Assembly (NCBI GenBank): GCA_025786725.1
Contig: JAHLTZ010000002.1
Location: forward strand, 930,001-994,000
Reading direction: 5' to 3'
DNA: 64,000 nt
From: Syncephalis fuscata S228
Taxonomy: Eukaryota > Fungi > Zoopagomycota
Numbering within the stretch: position 1 is the first letter of the stretch; every line of letters begins with the position of its first letter. Below the pieces are notes generated by a model. The model did not search any database. It saw only the letters and a program-made list of their open reading frames with translations, and was not told the origin of the DNA. Positions 1 to 14,415 of this stretch are shown here, one piece after another. Both the position numbers and the translations under genes were made by a program.

Positions 1-627
1 CCGTGCAAAAACTTATCAATGAAATGATGCCGTCAGATATTTCCTGCGCCAAAGAGACACGCGATTTGTTAATTGAATGCTGTGTTGGTAAGAAGAAGAG
101 CTGTCATAGAGACGGAACAGCTACTGAGCTGCGCTAATACGGTATTTATTAGAGTTTATTCATTTAATTGCCTCAGAAGCAAACGAGATTTGTGAAAAGG
201 AAGCAAAGAAGACGATTGCACCAGAACATGTTTTATCGGCACTTAAGGTAAGCTTATTGATTGATATAGCACTATTTGTAATCTATTACTGATTGCTGCT
301 TGTACTATACATCATGTATATAGGCACTTGGATTTGAGACGTATTTAAACGAGGTACAAGAAGCATGCGAGGAACATCGACAGCATCAAAAGGTACATGT
401 TTATTTTTAACGACAATGACTACGTACTAATACCTAGTTAACTACTAACTACAACATTAATGGTAATAATATAGGTGCGAGAGCGTAAATCTTCTAAATT
501 GACAAAATCCGGTATGTCCGAAGAAGAGCTATTGAGAATGCAACAGGAACTATTTAGTCAAGCAAGACAACGAATGGAGGCCAACCAGGGCGGTTCATCG
601 GGAACACAGCCGCCGACATCTGAGTGA
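1..627 (+). CDS. NCB2: Negative cofactor 2 beta subunit (Dr1/NC2beta), 5'-truncated, 4 exons visible
   Basis: Exons 1-87, 153-247, 324-392, 475-627 give VQKLINEMMPSDISCAKETRDLLIECCVEFIHLIASEANEICEKEAKKTIAPEHV...GMSEEELLRMQQELF, the histone-fold Dr1 signature. Confidence 0.93.
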
Positions 628-921
628 CCAAAATGAATGTTAAAAGCACATTATGGTGGCTCTAGTAATAATAGTAGCCCCATTGCTAGCAATAGTATAG
701 AGTTGCTTTTTGTATTTGAGTATCACGATAACATTGTATTTTGTCTAATACAATTGTATATCGAAATATTAAAATTGATTATTTGAACTATTTGTGTATT
801 TATATTAACATTTTAATGCCAAGACCATTTCTATCTCCTTTCCACGACTAGTGCTTGTTGTGGCTGTTATTGCTTATCGTTACTACTGCCTTCTAGCACA
901 CACACTTACTATTCATTTACT

Positions 922-2017
922 ATGGCAAATACGACGTTGAATCGCCGCCGCAATCAGTCAGAGGGACTGCAGGAAGAGGAAGACGTGTACGATTTGGACA
1001 ATATCACGCCACAGGTTAACAGCAGCACTTCATTGTCTGTATCTGCTTTTATCGCGCAGATATTCGTCCAGCTAAGCGTGTTATGGCTGGCCCTATGGGC
1101 ACCATTTGGACGCAAGCTACTAGATGATCCGGTTGTGCGTTTGCAAACTGCCATCTTAATACTTGGTATTGTTCGGATCGCTCAATGTGCACTGACAGCG
1201 AAATGTGGCGGCTACGCTGGCTGTTACACGGCTAAAGGAAGACGCGCAGGCAATACGGCCAATAGTTCCACTTCAAGATACCAGGTAAGCAATTTGTGCT
1301 AATAGACTGGCAGTGAAGTATTAATGGCTTTAATACTATTATAACTAGGCATGGATAACCACGGTTGGATTAACGCTGGCTGGCACAGTACTGCTACATA
1401 TTATGGCCATTCTTTTCGGCGCTCAACTTGTTGGGTAAGTTGCAACAGCAAGAATAATTATAGATTACACGGCAATGAACCATAGTCCAGTATAAGCATT
1501 TATTAATACTAAAACACTATGTCAAACATAGTCAATTCTCGCAAACATGGCATGGTGCTTTATTTATATCATTAATGGCCGTAACACCAGTCGCAATCGT
1601 TCTTGGCAATCAATGGTCGGACTGGCTAAGAATATTTGGTGAACATCGGTAGGTTGTTGTTATTACAAGTTATCAATTATAGCATATTTACGGTAATCAA
1701 CCAATATCAATAATGATTGTTTAGACCAGAATACGCACTGGAACGTAGTATTTATTATCCATTAGTATTGACCATTGTAGGTGCATGGATAGGCGGAATA
1801 GTACTTCCATTAGATTGGGATAGACCATGGCAGGTACGAATACAACACTAGCAATAACGATAATATTTATGATCAATCTATAACATACTATATACTTACA
1901 CAAACTATACATATATTGGTTGATTAGGCATGGCCTATTCCATCTGTGGTAGGCGCTACCGGTGGTTATACAGCTGGTCTATTAATCTCTTTACTTATAA
2001 TGATGATATCTCCATAA
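922..2017 (+). CDS. GPI11: GPI biosynthesis protein PIG-F/Gpi11, 5 exons
   Basis: Spliced product contains ILFGAQL and [23 protein letters not shown], the PIG-F C-terminal motif; GT-AG introns keep frame. Confidence 0.9.
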
Positions 2018-2349
2018 TGCTAGCTATAGTTTGTTTTCATTTGATATAGTCATCGTTTTAAAAAGCATGCCTTGTACGGGGCTAATAAATAAGATAGCTT
2101 ACTCTTTCTTAAGTAACTTTGTTATTTCATACAATTAATTAATTAAATTCAATAAAATGATCCATTGTATATTTGCTTCAAAATAACAACGAAAGAAAAT
2201 TTGGCAGACGGGAGTTATCCCCCGTTTATTCTCGCACGTACATGTCGCGTCCAAGGACAACGAGCGCACCATGTTACGTCCGCGCACTTAAGCAGTGGTT
2301 ATAGTGACGAAAAACGATAAGCTCCATCAGTATGATCATCTTTTATCGC

Positions 2350-2694
2350 TTACTCAGACTTGGTAGCCTGACGCTTGCGCTCGAGAGCGGCAAGAGTACC
2401 GCGCATGGCAAAACGCTGGTTACGCAAGAACTTTGGGTCAACCTAAATACAAATAAAGATCATTCAAACAAATATATGCGTCAGTGAATAGTTATGAAAG
2501 CTAAAGCGCCATTCACGCTTATCCACACTTACACCCTTCTTGGAGGCGTGACGGAAGCACTGTGGGCGCTTGATACCGTTGCGGTGCGCCTTGCGGTCTA
2601 TAAATAGTATATTAGTATTGCTGTGTATGTATGAAAAATCTATATGCAAACACTTACTTTGGTTGTGGTTGGTGTGGTTCTTGGACTTGGACAT
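2350..2694 (-). CDS. RPL29: 60S ribosomal protein L29 (eL29), 3 coding exons plus a 5'UTR intron 2700-3069
   Basis: MSKSKNHTNHNQ-NRKAHRNGIKRP...SKKG-VDPKFLRNQRFA...KSE*. Confidence 0.96.
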
Positions 2695-4595
2695 GACGTC
2701 TATGACAAGAGAGAGAGCGGATACACGCGAATAGCAATAATACGGTTAGTCATATGCTGTTGTATGTAGTATGTGGTCACGTTTTATCAACTGTTCTCAT
2801 AGATAATCGCAATATGGCAAGTTGCTTTTCTGCTTACAGTATAGACAACTGACATATTCTATCCCACATGTATATAGTCGTGATTTCTATGTAGCATTTA
2901 TGCAGTTCACTATATGTTCAAAGCATGCTTCATTTATCCGTCCATCCTCTATGCATCTATCCATTTGTGCATCGGTTCATCCATTCATCTATCCATCCAT
3001 CCATCCATCCACCTGTCTACTTGTCTATATAACAAATAGCCAGCATGTCATGGCTCCTATGTGAATTACCTGATGGAACTGACGTTCGACCTTGCTTCGC
3101 TGAGAATAAAGTAGAAGCGCTAGAGAAGGGGTAGAAAGACGGAAATCAAGCCAGGCCACTGAATACACTCAATGTGATGGCCCTCGTCCAATCACCGGGC
3201 TTGATGATATTGAATTAGTACTATCAATATTATCACCACATAATGAAATCACTATCATTTGACTTGTAATATTACAAGTGTTATCAATGTATATTTATAC
3301 AACAGTAAGTAGCGTAGCTACTGCTAATTACTTATACAGGCATTTTTAAAATAATAAAATCTAAACATTGTTATTATAAACATATAATTTACTTAATATT
3401 TTTATTTTATTAAACGAGATAAATAGCCTTAAAATATAACCTAGAATATGCATATATATATATTCAACGTACAACACAGTGATTAGTTAGCTACTGCTTC
3501 TTATATTTTTATTGGTCGAATGGCTAGATAAATAGAATATCTATATGTATTTAGTAACAATATTTACTGAATAGGCTTTAATTGCTTAAATCACATGCTA
3601 TTTAAACTTGTACTGGCTATTATTCGATATTAAGTATTGTTCTTTAGTTATATCATGCTCTGTTGCTTTGGGCTGTCGATCATATTGCAATGATGCAATT
3701 TTGCTTAATTCATGTGAGAGTTTAATTTAAAGCACATGTAGATACCGGTTTGAATTCACTATATGTCAGCTCTTTGTACACATGACTTTTAGGATATATT
3801 CTTTATCTTCCCAAGGCTTGTGTTATTTACACGCAGTACTCATAATGCAGTATTCTAAAAGAGCTACTGCAAATACATTCAAGTATTCAAATTGCTTATG
3901 CACATGCAAGTGCCAATTGTAAAGTTATACAATGCGCTGTCTGCCGTGCCCATACTGCCTTCTTGGTACATGCAATGCACGACCACCTGTTTAGGATATC
4001 ATTGACTGATGGACACCAGTACAAGACAAGTTAAATGTACGTAATACTGCTTTTTTATGAATTCCGCATTGACGGAGCGGCATGCCATTACAAATAAATA
4101 AATAAATATTATTATTCGATCTGCAAACTTGTGTATAGATTTCTGTTTTTTATTATTGATTACTGTTCTTTATTCTTTGCGTCGTGTCAAATTGGAATTA
4201 GTCTTTATCTTCTCTATGAAACCATAGAGCTAACCATAATATAGAACCTGTTTATGCATTCACATTTTGGGAACACGCGACCAATAAAATACTGCACAAG
4301 CGGTGAGAATACAGTGCAGATTTTCGCAGCAACACACACAATTGGGAATATTAGATGCACAAACTTGGTGACAAATTTATGGTATATCACGCTATTGCTG
4401 CACTTACTTTATATTATTTATCATCTGACTCACCATAATTATATACAAGTTGCTGTTTTATACTTTATTATCTTCCACCGATATATACGATCATTGAACG
4501 CAATCCACCAAATTTACTCACTTTACGTTTACGCCCACTTTCTATTTAATCGCTAGCTAACTCTTTTCTAATTAATAGCTTGCTACTGATACGAA

Positions 4596-5586
4596 ATGTC
4601 GAACGAAAATATCTCCGGCAAATTAAACGGAATAGAATACTGGGCAAATAGCGATGACATCACAGTAGTTCGTGAACGGTCTATCGCTGTACATATGCAA
4701 ATTCTATCCAATGTAATGCTATTGCTATTATTTATACGTAATACAAAGCGCGCTCTTGTTATGGTAGTACGTCGTTCCAACAAACTAGCGCCTTGGTGCT
4801 GCCTTATTGCCACTTCAATTGGTGTTTTATTCTTTGGAGGATTTACGATGGCGCACCATATGCCCGGTGGTCCTTCCTGCATCCAAGTTATTTGGTGCTC
4901 TATCATCTGTCTAACTACATCGACTATTGCTGTCAATACGCTACTATTGGAGCGTGCTTATTTGGCACACTGCTGTAATCGTTGGGTACTGGTCATGGGT
5001 ATACTTTTTATTGCACCTGCCCCAGTACTCATTTATCTAAACTGGATAAAAATCCATGCAACATTTAGTCACAAGGCAGCCTGCTACGCCGATTATCCTC
5101 ACTATTTTCCATATGTCCGCGCTGCACTTGATGCACCGCCCAATATTGTGTTTTCCCTATCGTTTATTAGTGTTATTTATCGACAATATCGCCGCTATGG
5201 TGGCCAATGCTGGGCAAATTTGGTACACGATGGTGTCGTTGTTATGATGTTGGTTGTCACTTCAAATTTAGTCTGCTTCATTGGCAATGTGATAAGTGTT
5301 TTTGGAGAAGCTACTGATTACCTTTATGTCATCGACTGGTAAGTTGTTGGAATAGTTGTTCTTTACTATTATAAACAAACACTAATAGATATGATACAGG
5401 GCCATCACAACAACTCTATTGGTACACAATGCCGAAACTATAAGAGCTTCACCACAAACTCCAATAGTGGTAGAAAGACTCCCGATGCAAAGAATAGCAA
5501 ATGTGCTTCCCTTCAATTTAACTCTACGCGATCTAGATACCGACTTTTACACAACACAGAAAACAAATATTTCATCCTACTTATAA
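4596..5586 (+). CDS. Orphan seven-transmembrane GPCR-like protein, 2 exons (intron 5339-5399)
   Basis: About seven hydrophobic segments; Cys at the top of TM3 (GPSC), LLERAY at the end of TM3 (DRY-like), second Cys in the ECL2 position; exon 2 continues W-AITTTLLVH. Confidence 0.7.
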
Positions 5587-5906
5587 GTAAACTTTTTTAC
5601 ATTTGTTGGTTAGTCAATGCATAACTTTTGGTAACATTTGACACTTTAATCACATCATTTAATACTATAATTCTTTGTATTATAATGATTCAACAGTAGC
5701 CTTTTTAATACTATACAATAAACTATAACATTTCATTTAATTTATTAATGTTACTTTAGTTTGCTCAAACACTATTAAAACATTTACATAATTTAATGAA
5801 TGGTACAATAGTATTTTGTATAATAAAAGACCACTTTATTATCTATAGTCTATGATTCATACTAAATTAAATGTTAGGCCACTTACGAGTCGTGATATTG
5901 CTATGA

Positions 5907-6712
5907 TTAATCTCTTACCTTGCGCGCCTCCATGCCTTCAGGTGGCACTACGTCGACCTGTTTGTGGCCGACTTCCTCCCAATTGGTGCTTAATGATGTG
6001 CCGCCACTTTCTGTAAACGATTTGATCATAGCACGTCGTGTATCAGGGTCGGCGTTAGCGTAGATTTGTTGGAACAACTGGTTGACCTCGTCTCCTCCAG
6101 CTTCCTTATCCTGCTCCGTTTCACGGACAACTTTATCCCAGTTTGTTGTTTTACGCGCTGAAGTAGGATAGCTGGGTGGCATATCGGCTATGATCAATGC
6201 TGTGTCATCAACAATTTACTTGTAAATCACACACTATCTTACCAGTAGCTGAATTGTACGTGGTAGACTGTGATGCATCATCATCTGCTCCCTCTAGTTT
6301 ACTCCATTTTATGCCAGAAGTGGATTTTTTTAATTTGATTTCAATCTTAGAGCCAAGTATTTGAAAGAACTTTCTTGCTTGTTGACAGGATGGTTCAAAG
6401 GCTCAATATCTAGCACGTATTCAGATCCACTTGGTAAGCGAGCATTGATAGACAGCTAGTGGCCCGACTGTTAGATTGCTCTACACACAAATACACGCTA
6501 CTTTTTGTTTATAATGCCTACCGACTGATGATTGATGGCTATGTCTACATCCTGAGCTTGCAACTGTTTGGCAAACACTTCAACAGTGACGTAATCGTCA
6601 CTTTGGTACCATTCATGTCTGTATTTCTACTGTGTAAGTACAGGATTTGCCTCATCTAGACAGATGGCGATAGTGCAATTTTGACTTACCGGATTTTCGC
6701 TGAATCAGCCAT
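5907..6712 (-). CDS. SGT1: Sgt1 Hsp90 co-chaperone (CS + SGS domains), one apparent 1-nt frameshift at ~6361
   Basis: RHEWYQSDDYVTVEVF...KIEIKLKK..IKWSKLE (CS domain) and LFQQIYANADPDTRRAMIKSFTESGGTSLSTNWEEV (SGS domain). Confidence 0.93.
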
Positions 6713-8242
6713 AATGAATAGATTCACAAGTAGTAGGAAAGTAAAGATAGATTAAAAAGGGAAAGCAGCTATCAACAAATAGGTTGATTTGATTAAATTG
6801 CACCATATATCAACTTATAGAAATTATAGCATATAACAAAAGTTCAAAGTAAAGATTAAATTAATCAATGTGCTATTGTTTTTATATTGAAATAAATAAA
6901 CTTTTAGGCTTTGAATTCAAGTACTTTTATTATTACGTATTGCCATTAAATCATGTGTCTAACAATGATCAGTTCAAAGCATAGCAATTCTTTAAAGTTA
7001 TAGCTTTGAAACTTAATATACATGTGCCTTAGACAATAATCTTTCTATTTATAAACGCAACCAGGTTATCCGATAACCATGTGGTACCTTTTTTATTATT
7101 GAAACTAAATACGCCAATGGTTTATCTACTTGTTCTTATTGTATACATGCCTTCTGAAAAGAAACTAAAGCCTAAATAACGGCTGAGGTGCCTTATAAGT
7201 GATGCACAAAGCTTGTCCATTTGGCTAGATTATTTCCATGCTAACAGTTTATGTTAAATTAATACTGGAGTGAATTAAACCAATAATCTTTTGCACTAGT
7301 CTATAAAGAGTTTAAATGTCTAACCAGCCTTTTATAAAGCTATAAGCTTTTGTTAATTGCTAAATAATTAACGTATTTTTGAGCAATGTAAAATATACCA
7401 AAAAGTCCACAGGATTGTTTCATTAAAACTGATACTGTAGCCTTTGTCGTACACATTAGAAAGATTTAGACGTTTTATTCGCATGTGTGTATTAAACATA
7501 CCGTTTTTATGGCTAGTATCCATATATAACAGCAATTGATTATTATTATCGGAGTTTATATTTAATTAATGCAATTGCAAGTGTGGGTTGCACTTTTAAA
7601 ATTGTTTAGCTGCAGTGGCTACTTTTTAAAGCGTGTGTTATAGAGAAGTGTACGCTGAACACATTGTTGCAGGTAGTATTTGACTTGCAGACGATGTACC
7701 TCAATATTCTTTATTAATTTTAAACCAGTAAATTTTAAATAGTATTCAAACACGGAGTGTGGAAAAAGTTTTTGTCGCCTTGCCAGTCATTGCCATTTCA
7801 AAAAGGCCTGGACTCCGTGCCTTTCTTGCCTAAGTTAGTTCTTTTCTCGTGCACCTCTTTCTACATTGTTTCTAAGCCACATATTGTATATTCCAAACCC
7901 TAAGTACTCACCTCGTGGCTTTTAAAAAAAATCAACAAGTCTCGAGACTTTTCTTTAAATATGGAGTGTAAAGAAGCGCCTTTTGTGGCCAAGTATAACC
8001 ACGCCCCTCCTGAATTTTCCAACTCTAATTCAAATCAACCTACAGCCGGACGACCCACTCTAGCCACTGCTGGTAACAATTCATCCCTATTACACTCAAC
8101 AGATTCAGTTTTTCTTTTTGATAATCAAGATACAGCAAAAGAATACAATTATTTATCAAAGCAAGATTTATATTACCAAAACCGATTATCAACATTTTTC
8201 TTTAAAACAAAAAAGCGAATCAACCACTTTTACACGTATATC

Positions 8243-9738
8243 ATGAATACCTTTTTTGCATACCGAATGGCGTTACCGGCCCTTCTTTCAATTGCTGGCA
8301 TGGTAGCACTCGTCTATGGTAATGCCATTCCCGAGGCCACGCTTACCGCTCCGTTCGACATTAATCAAGTGCCAGGCAGCAGTGCCGGCGGCGAATTTGG
8401 ACTCCAAGGCTATGACTACTGCCAGGCCAGCTACCCAAATAATACACAATACGAACCACTGTCGGCAACCGCCAAGCTAGTGCATCTCCAAACGGTTATC
8501 CGCCATGGTGATCGCTCCCCTGTATCGAATGTTTTGCCAAATGAGCTGGCTGACTGGCGTTGTGACGACATGGTCGAAATGTCACGCACAGATGGCAGCA
8601 AGGTCAACGTTGATGTGGCCCATGGCCCAGATGTTGCTGGCTACAGCACACGTATTACTATTCCAGACAAAAAAGCCTATAATAACACAATTTGGTCAAA
8701 GGGCAGCTGTATCCTTGGCCAGTTGACCGGCAAAGGTGCTCGTCAGCATATGGATCTAGGCAAGAATTTCCGCTCAATCTACGTCGATCAGCTTAAATAT
8801 TTGCCGGCCACCATCACTAAAGATGACCTTACTTGGAATGGCGAGCCTGGTGGCAATGTGTATTTCCGTAGCACAGATTTCTGGCGCACTAGACAGTCGG
8901 CTGCTTCTTTCCTTACAGGTGCTTGGCCCAGCAAGGATGCCCGTTCCGAAGATGCGCAAACATTCCCAATTGCCGTGTATCCAGCAGAGGTTGAAACCAT
9001 GTACGGCCACATGAACGGCGACTGTCCTCGCCTTAAGCAAATGAAGACAATATGCGCAAGACAGATCAATTCCAAGCTGTCTTTGCACGTCACAAGTCAC
9101 TACGTGACCGTTTGGAAAACATACTTGGCACTGGAGGCATAGCAAAGTACAAGGATACGTGGATTAAATACATGGATCCTCTCCGTGCTCGCGCTTGCCA
9201 CAACATGGAGCTACCATGCCTTAAAGGCCAGTGTTTATCCGTCCGTGATGCCTACGAGTTGAACCAGGGCGTTAACGAGGAAACTGCTATGCTACGTGGT
9301 GCATTGCCCGATGCTCACGAGTACAATCGTCTTAGCTTGGGCTATTTCATGAGCGAATTACGCGACCGTTTGATGGATGCCGTCAATGGATTTTCAACGA
9401 TGTCCGGTGGTGACACGGGCTCTGCAGCCATGCTACCGCCTAAATTCGAGCTATTCTCTGGCCACGACGATACAGTTTACGGATTAATTGGACTGCTACT
9501 TGCCAAGGATCTTCGCTGGCCACCTTATGCCTCTAACTTGATCTTCGAGTTGTGGCAAGAACCAAAGCCAAACACGAAGCCACGTGATCCTAGCAACTAC
9601 GTTGTCCGTATCATTTACAACGGTCGTCCACTTGCCGCTGACTGGTGCGACTTTAAGGCTTGTCCATTGCCCAAATACCTGGAACACATTGAGAAGCATA
9701 TTGAACGCGATCTGCCCAATGCTTGCAAAGCAAAATAA
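8243..9738 (+). CDS. Secreted histidine acid phosphatase (clade 2), intronless, apparent 1-nt frameshift at ~9045
   Basis: Signal peptide after M8243; RHGDRSP, GQLT, RTRQSA and FSGHDD catalytic motifs split over two overlapping ORFs that align end to end with the paralog at 30758. Confidence 0.9.
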
Positions 9739-10518
9739 TTATACGATAAACTAATCATAATAATTCATGTTTTATTTTAAATAAATCGGTTTCTGTCACA
9801 ATCATATTTAATAATATCAAGTATATAGTCTTTTTACTCTTCTAACATGCTTTCTATCTTTACAGCAGCTATAATGTTTATATTCTCAACTTTATACGTA
9901 TAGAATAACTATTAGTGGATAGCTTATAATTAGATAATGAAGAATAGCAATAACATACCTTATTTTTACGATGATATTTTATACTTATTACATTTATTTT
10001 ACTTGAGCATTATAAAGCATTAAACATGTTACGATTAATTATATTTGATAAAACTATGCACTAATTACATACTATGGCATGCGTACCAACAATTTAACAT
10101 TAATCGACTATATACTAACCAATTCTGCGTACTATATATATGAATAACATACCATTAATAGGTCGTAGATGATATTGTATACGGTAGAATTATATAATGA
10201 TTATGTAATATATATTATGTGTATTTATAAACATAGAATAATTAGTAAATCTCAAACATTAGCATTTGTAGCATAGTTGGTTCAATAAAACAAATATTAG
10301 TTCAGTTGCATAATATTATTAAATGTAGTCATTTCATAATAAAACTATGTTAAATGGCTGACTAATAAAGTGCTTATAAATAATGAAGTGCATAATAGTG
10401 TTAAATAAATTAGTTCCAATGTTATTTATTGCAGGTGCACTAAAGACGACTATCTCACCGCTATTCTTATTGTCAAATCTACATGAACATCATTTAAATA
10501 TAACTGGGTGCAATTTAT

Positions 10519-12062
10519 TCAATCAATTAGATTCAATTGTTCCTCCGTCTGTTCCTCCGGTAGTGGTAGACGAGGAGCCCACATATTTGGCGGCAAATAA
10601 ACATAGGCAGCTGCATAGCTGACCGAACTTTCGGATGAACGCATAACTCGGTTGGATTGTGCGTAGCGTGTAAAACGAATAGTTGGAATGTCGTCCCGAT
10701 GATGTTTGTACCGGCTAGTAAAGCCTCGACAGCTGCACGCATCTCGGCCGAAGGCTGTGGCCGATCACTGCCACTACTAACGCTGCTCGCATCGCCTCCT
10801 CCGCCATTACGATTATCGCCACGACTACCTTCTGCATCCTCAGGGCTGCCCGTATGAAGTTGAGACACCGCCCATAGCAATACAGCAATTGGATGGCGTC
10901 CACAAATAGTATTACGGGATCGCTTCAAATAATCGTGAAAGATGCGTGGATCCAATTCCTCAATAAGTCGCATACCTTCACGATCTAACCGTTCAATACA
11001 CGAATGAATAGGTACTGTGTAGACCGAGAAGTGGCTAGTTGTACTCGGGGCCTGACTTGGTGGATCGGCAACCGTATAGAACGTGTAAGAGAATCGTTTA
11101 CCCCTTTATAAGCATTATAGTAAATTATAAAATGGTTATACAATTAATATACTATCAAATGCCATCATCATCATCATCATCATCACTTACCAATGGCAGA
11201 AATCGATGAAATGATAAATAGATTGGCTGGATCGGCAAGATATGGTGCAAGTAATTTACCATAGAATTCTTCTCTTAATCGATTAAGTGCACCGATTAAT
11301 ATAGGCACAATTGTATACTCGTCCTTTTTACTAATTGACAGTTAATAACGACGATGCTACTGCTTGTCACAACACTTACCTTTCCATCATCTTATAAATA
11401 TACGGCAAGTGCATTTCAATACTATGCTCATCTTCGTCGGTCCCTTCCGACATTATTTCAAACTGTCCCGTTGCTTTCAGCTCTTCAATAACTATACAAT
11501 AATAAATAGGCTATTTTTAGTCAATTAGTCATGTTACCTTCTGAATCTAGCTTCAATGTCCCTAATGGCGTGCTATACTCTGTAAAACTCGATACAGCAC
11601 ATCCCGACATGTAGACATGATGCGATGGACCAAGAATAAAAATACGTTTTCTGCTTATCATTAATAAACCGCTATCTATAGGCTCATTAAAACTTACACA
11701 AAGCTTGGATCGATACATTTGTAGGCATAGGCGGCCGTCTCGCCACTGTAGGCATAGCCAGCGTGTCTATTGATAGCCATCATGAATATAGTCATTAGTA
11801 AACTGATGTCAGACAGCTATGCTGTTATTCCACCTACGGTGCTATAATCGCCCGTGCATTCTGTACCGGTACCGCTATATCCTCCTCGGTACGCGACGGC
11901 ACGACCTGTAGCCACTGTTGCAATTCGCGATCTAGCTTGGTTGCTTGATAGACGCAGTGCCTCTTACAATAAGCAAGCCGAACCATCGTATACCTATAAC
12001 GTCTGCTACCTACCATCATCGGTGTACCAAGAACCGGCATGGGTTGCTTTGCGCGTAGTCAT
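10519..12062 (-). CDS. MEMO1: MEMO1 family protein, multi-exon, apparent 1-nt frameshift at ~10700
   Basis: [67 protein letters not shown]...SSVSYA motifs. Confidence 0.93.
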
Positions 12063-12556
12063 GATGATAAAAACAAGCTGCAAGGAGTGTTTTAGTAAAA
12101 AAAAGTACCCCCACGCTAGTACTGTGACTGATACGACGATGCTGTTATAACAGCAAAATACACGTCAAAATAGCTAGAAAGACTTGTCACTATCAAGTAT
12201 GACCAGTTTAGAGATAGATATCGTATGGTTCTTCCATCCGCTGTTCTAACTGTGTGACGTACAGAAGTATAGTATTTGCCATTTCAGACAAATAGACAAA
12301 TTGCCGAATATTCGCAATTTTACCGATAGCTATTACTAATTTAAGGCCGGTGTATTATTAATGGCTTATCCATTGTTTCTGTATATTTTCTGGTCAGCGG
12401 AGATACAACGCTGCTCTGAACTTCCGACCATTTTTCCACTATGACTCACGGCACAAGTGTGCGAACATTGTTTACTAAGCTTACTCTTTCGTATTTATTT
12501 GTTTGTTTGTTGTTGGTTGTTAACTTGTCTATTTGATTATTGTGTTGTTGGTAGGA

Positions 12557-14415
12557 ATGTCGTCCAATAGCCATAATAATCATGGTACTTTCAATAATGC
12601 CTTTTTATTTTTAAATGAAGAGGAAAATAGAACAGCTACAGAAACTCGTTTACCGAACCGTTGCTCTACACCGCCAGCCGAGGAGAAAGAAACGGCTCGA
12701 CAGTTATTTGCACTGGCATTACGGGTACGTGATCTACTTGTACTGGCCGATACAGCTACAGTGGCAGAATGGCGCTCGACTGAATTGGTCGCATCATGGA
12801 AGCTTGTAATACGTTTCACTCAAAAACTGGCTTGTTTATCAGCTGCTCAGCGCTGTGCGCTTTGTATCCAATTACGTCCACATCTTAAGCCAAGTACAAT
12901 ATGCAGCGATGAAAATACAATTCAACGTGATGGCGATAAGCGTGAAGATAACAATCCATCTGGTGACTTGGTAAATGGTGTAACATTTTGCGAGTTAAGT
13001 CAAGCCGACAAGACATTGCAACGTCGGCTATCGGCCAATAGTCATTTGCGTAACTGTCTTTATGACCAGCTCCAGCGATTAGCAAAAACATCAACTGATC
13101 AATTTCGTGAAGTAATAGTTATGAGTACTAGTATCAAATGTTATCTAACTGCAATGATGATAGGCTGCAATACCAGCTGTTTTAGCTGATTGGGTGAGTG
13201 ACTTTCAGGCAGAAATGCTAGTAGCATTTAGTGGTATTTATCAACAAGCAAATCATCTTAAACAGTAGGTATTATTGATAATAGAAAGATAATTTATTCA
13301 AACTAACGACAATAGAACGATGAAGCAGCGAGCGCTTATTTTGGAATTGGAGTATAATCTATCGCGTCATACATCAATGAAGCGGGCATCTGCTACAATG
13401 TTGGCCTGTCGAATGCTGACAGAGCATCGAGTACAATCTGCTGCAGCTGTAACATTGACAACAACATCTAACAACAACAATAGTAATTTGAATGAACCTG
13501 TAATAAACAATACATTATGTGGATTCATGCAAAAATTAGGCAGGCTTTTAGATCATTCACCAGACATTTTGGTAATAATAATAATAATAATAATAACAAT
13601 AGTTTATACAAAACTAATATAAAATTAAATAGGAAATTATTTTAATGACTCTTTCCATTGGAGAAAGTGATTTAGCGTTGAAGAACTGTGCATCAGTGCA
13701 TTGTTTAGAACCGAGTACTGAAACCATCACCGACAGTACACCCAAAGATCTTAATGATGACAATCGTCAGAATAGTAGTTTGAATACAAAAGCTGTTACA
13801 GCATTGGAAGATAAATCAACAAAGAAAGAGAAAAGATGTCATGTAGATTGGCAATCCTGTCGACAACAGTTACTCTATTGGCTATTAGCTCGATCAGATT
13901 CATGTAGTAGGCGTGTATATCAACTACACCCAGTTCTATTGGCCGAAGTAGCAGAGAGTCAACAGCCTTTTGCCAATGTCTATGCCGATCATTTATTAAA
14001 ACTAACGAATGCTCAGTTAGAAGCAGTTCCTTCATCATTGAATGTTACAGACGCCAATGCAGCATCTATACCATCTAGAACACATATGGTATATTTATTA
14101 CCCGGCATGATACCCACTACTGGTTCTGCCGCGTTAATCTACGTTCCATTACGTGACTATTGGTGCTGTTTACTAACGAAGGGAGCACGGATGTGTCAAC
14201 TGATTTGTCATCGCTTTACTCAGTTGTGTAGCTTATCATTAGAATCGGCCAACGAAACAAATACTAACACTACTAATACTACTACTGATAGTAATAATAA
14301 TAATAATAGTAGTAGTAGTAGCCATAATAATGGTAGCTCTATGAACGATCAACCAACTACCAAGATGGCTGCTTCATTAAAGCAGTATCTTATTAATCTT
14401 GGATTAGATTTGTAA
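12557..14415 (+). CDS. FANCF: Probable Fanconi anemia group F (FANCF)-like protein, 4 exons
   Basis: By-eye similarity to FANCF as I recall it: DLLVLADTATVAEW, FCELSQADKTLQRRLSANSHL and YWLLARS..LHPVLLAEVAESQQPFANVYADHL occur in the FANCF order. No search was run. Confidence 0.6.

Noticed and set aside
7961-8242. 94-aa N-terminal extension of the phosphatase ORF
   Set aside because: Reads like promoter/UTR sequence; the signal peptide begins after M8243 and the paralog lacks the extension
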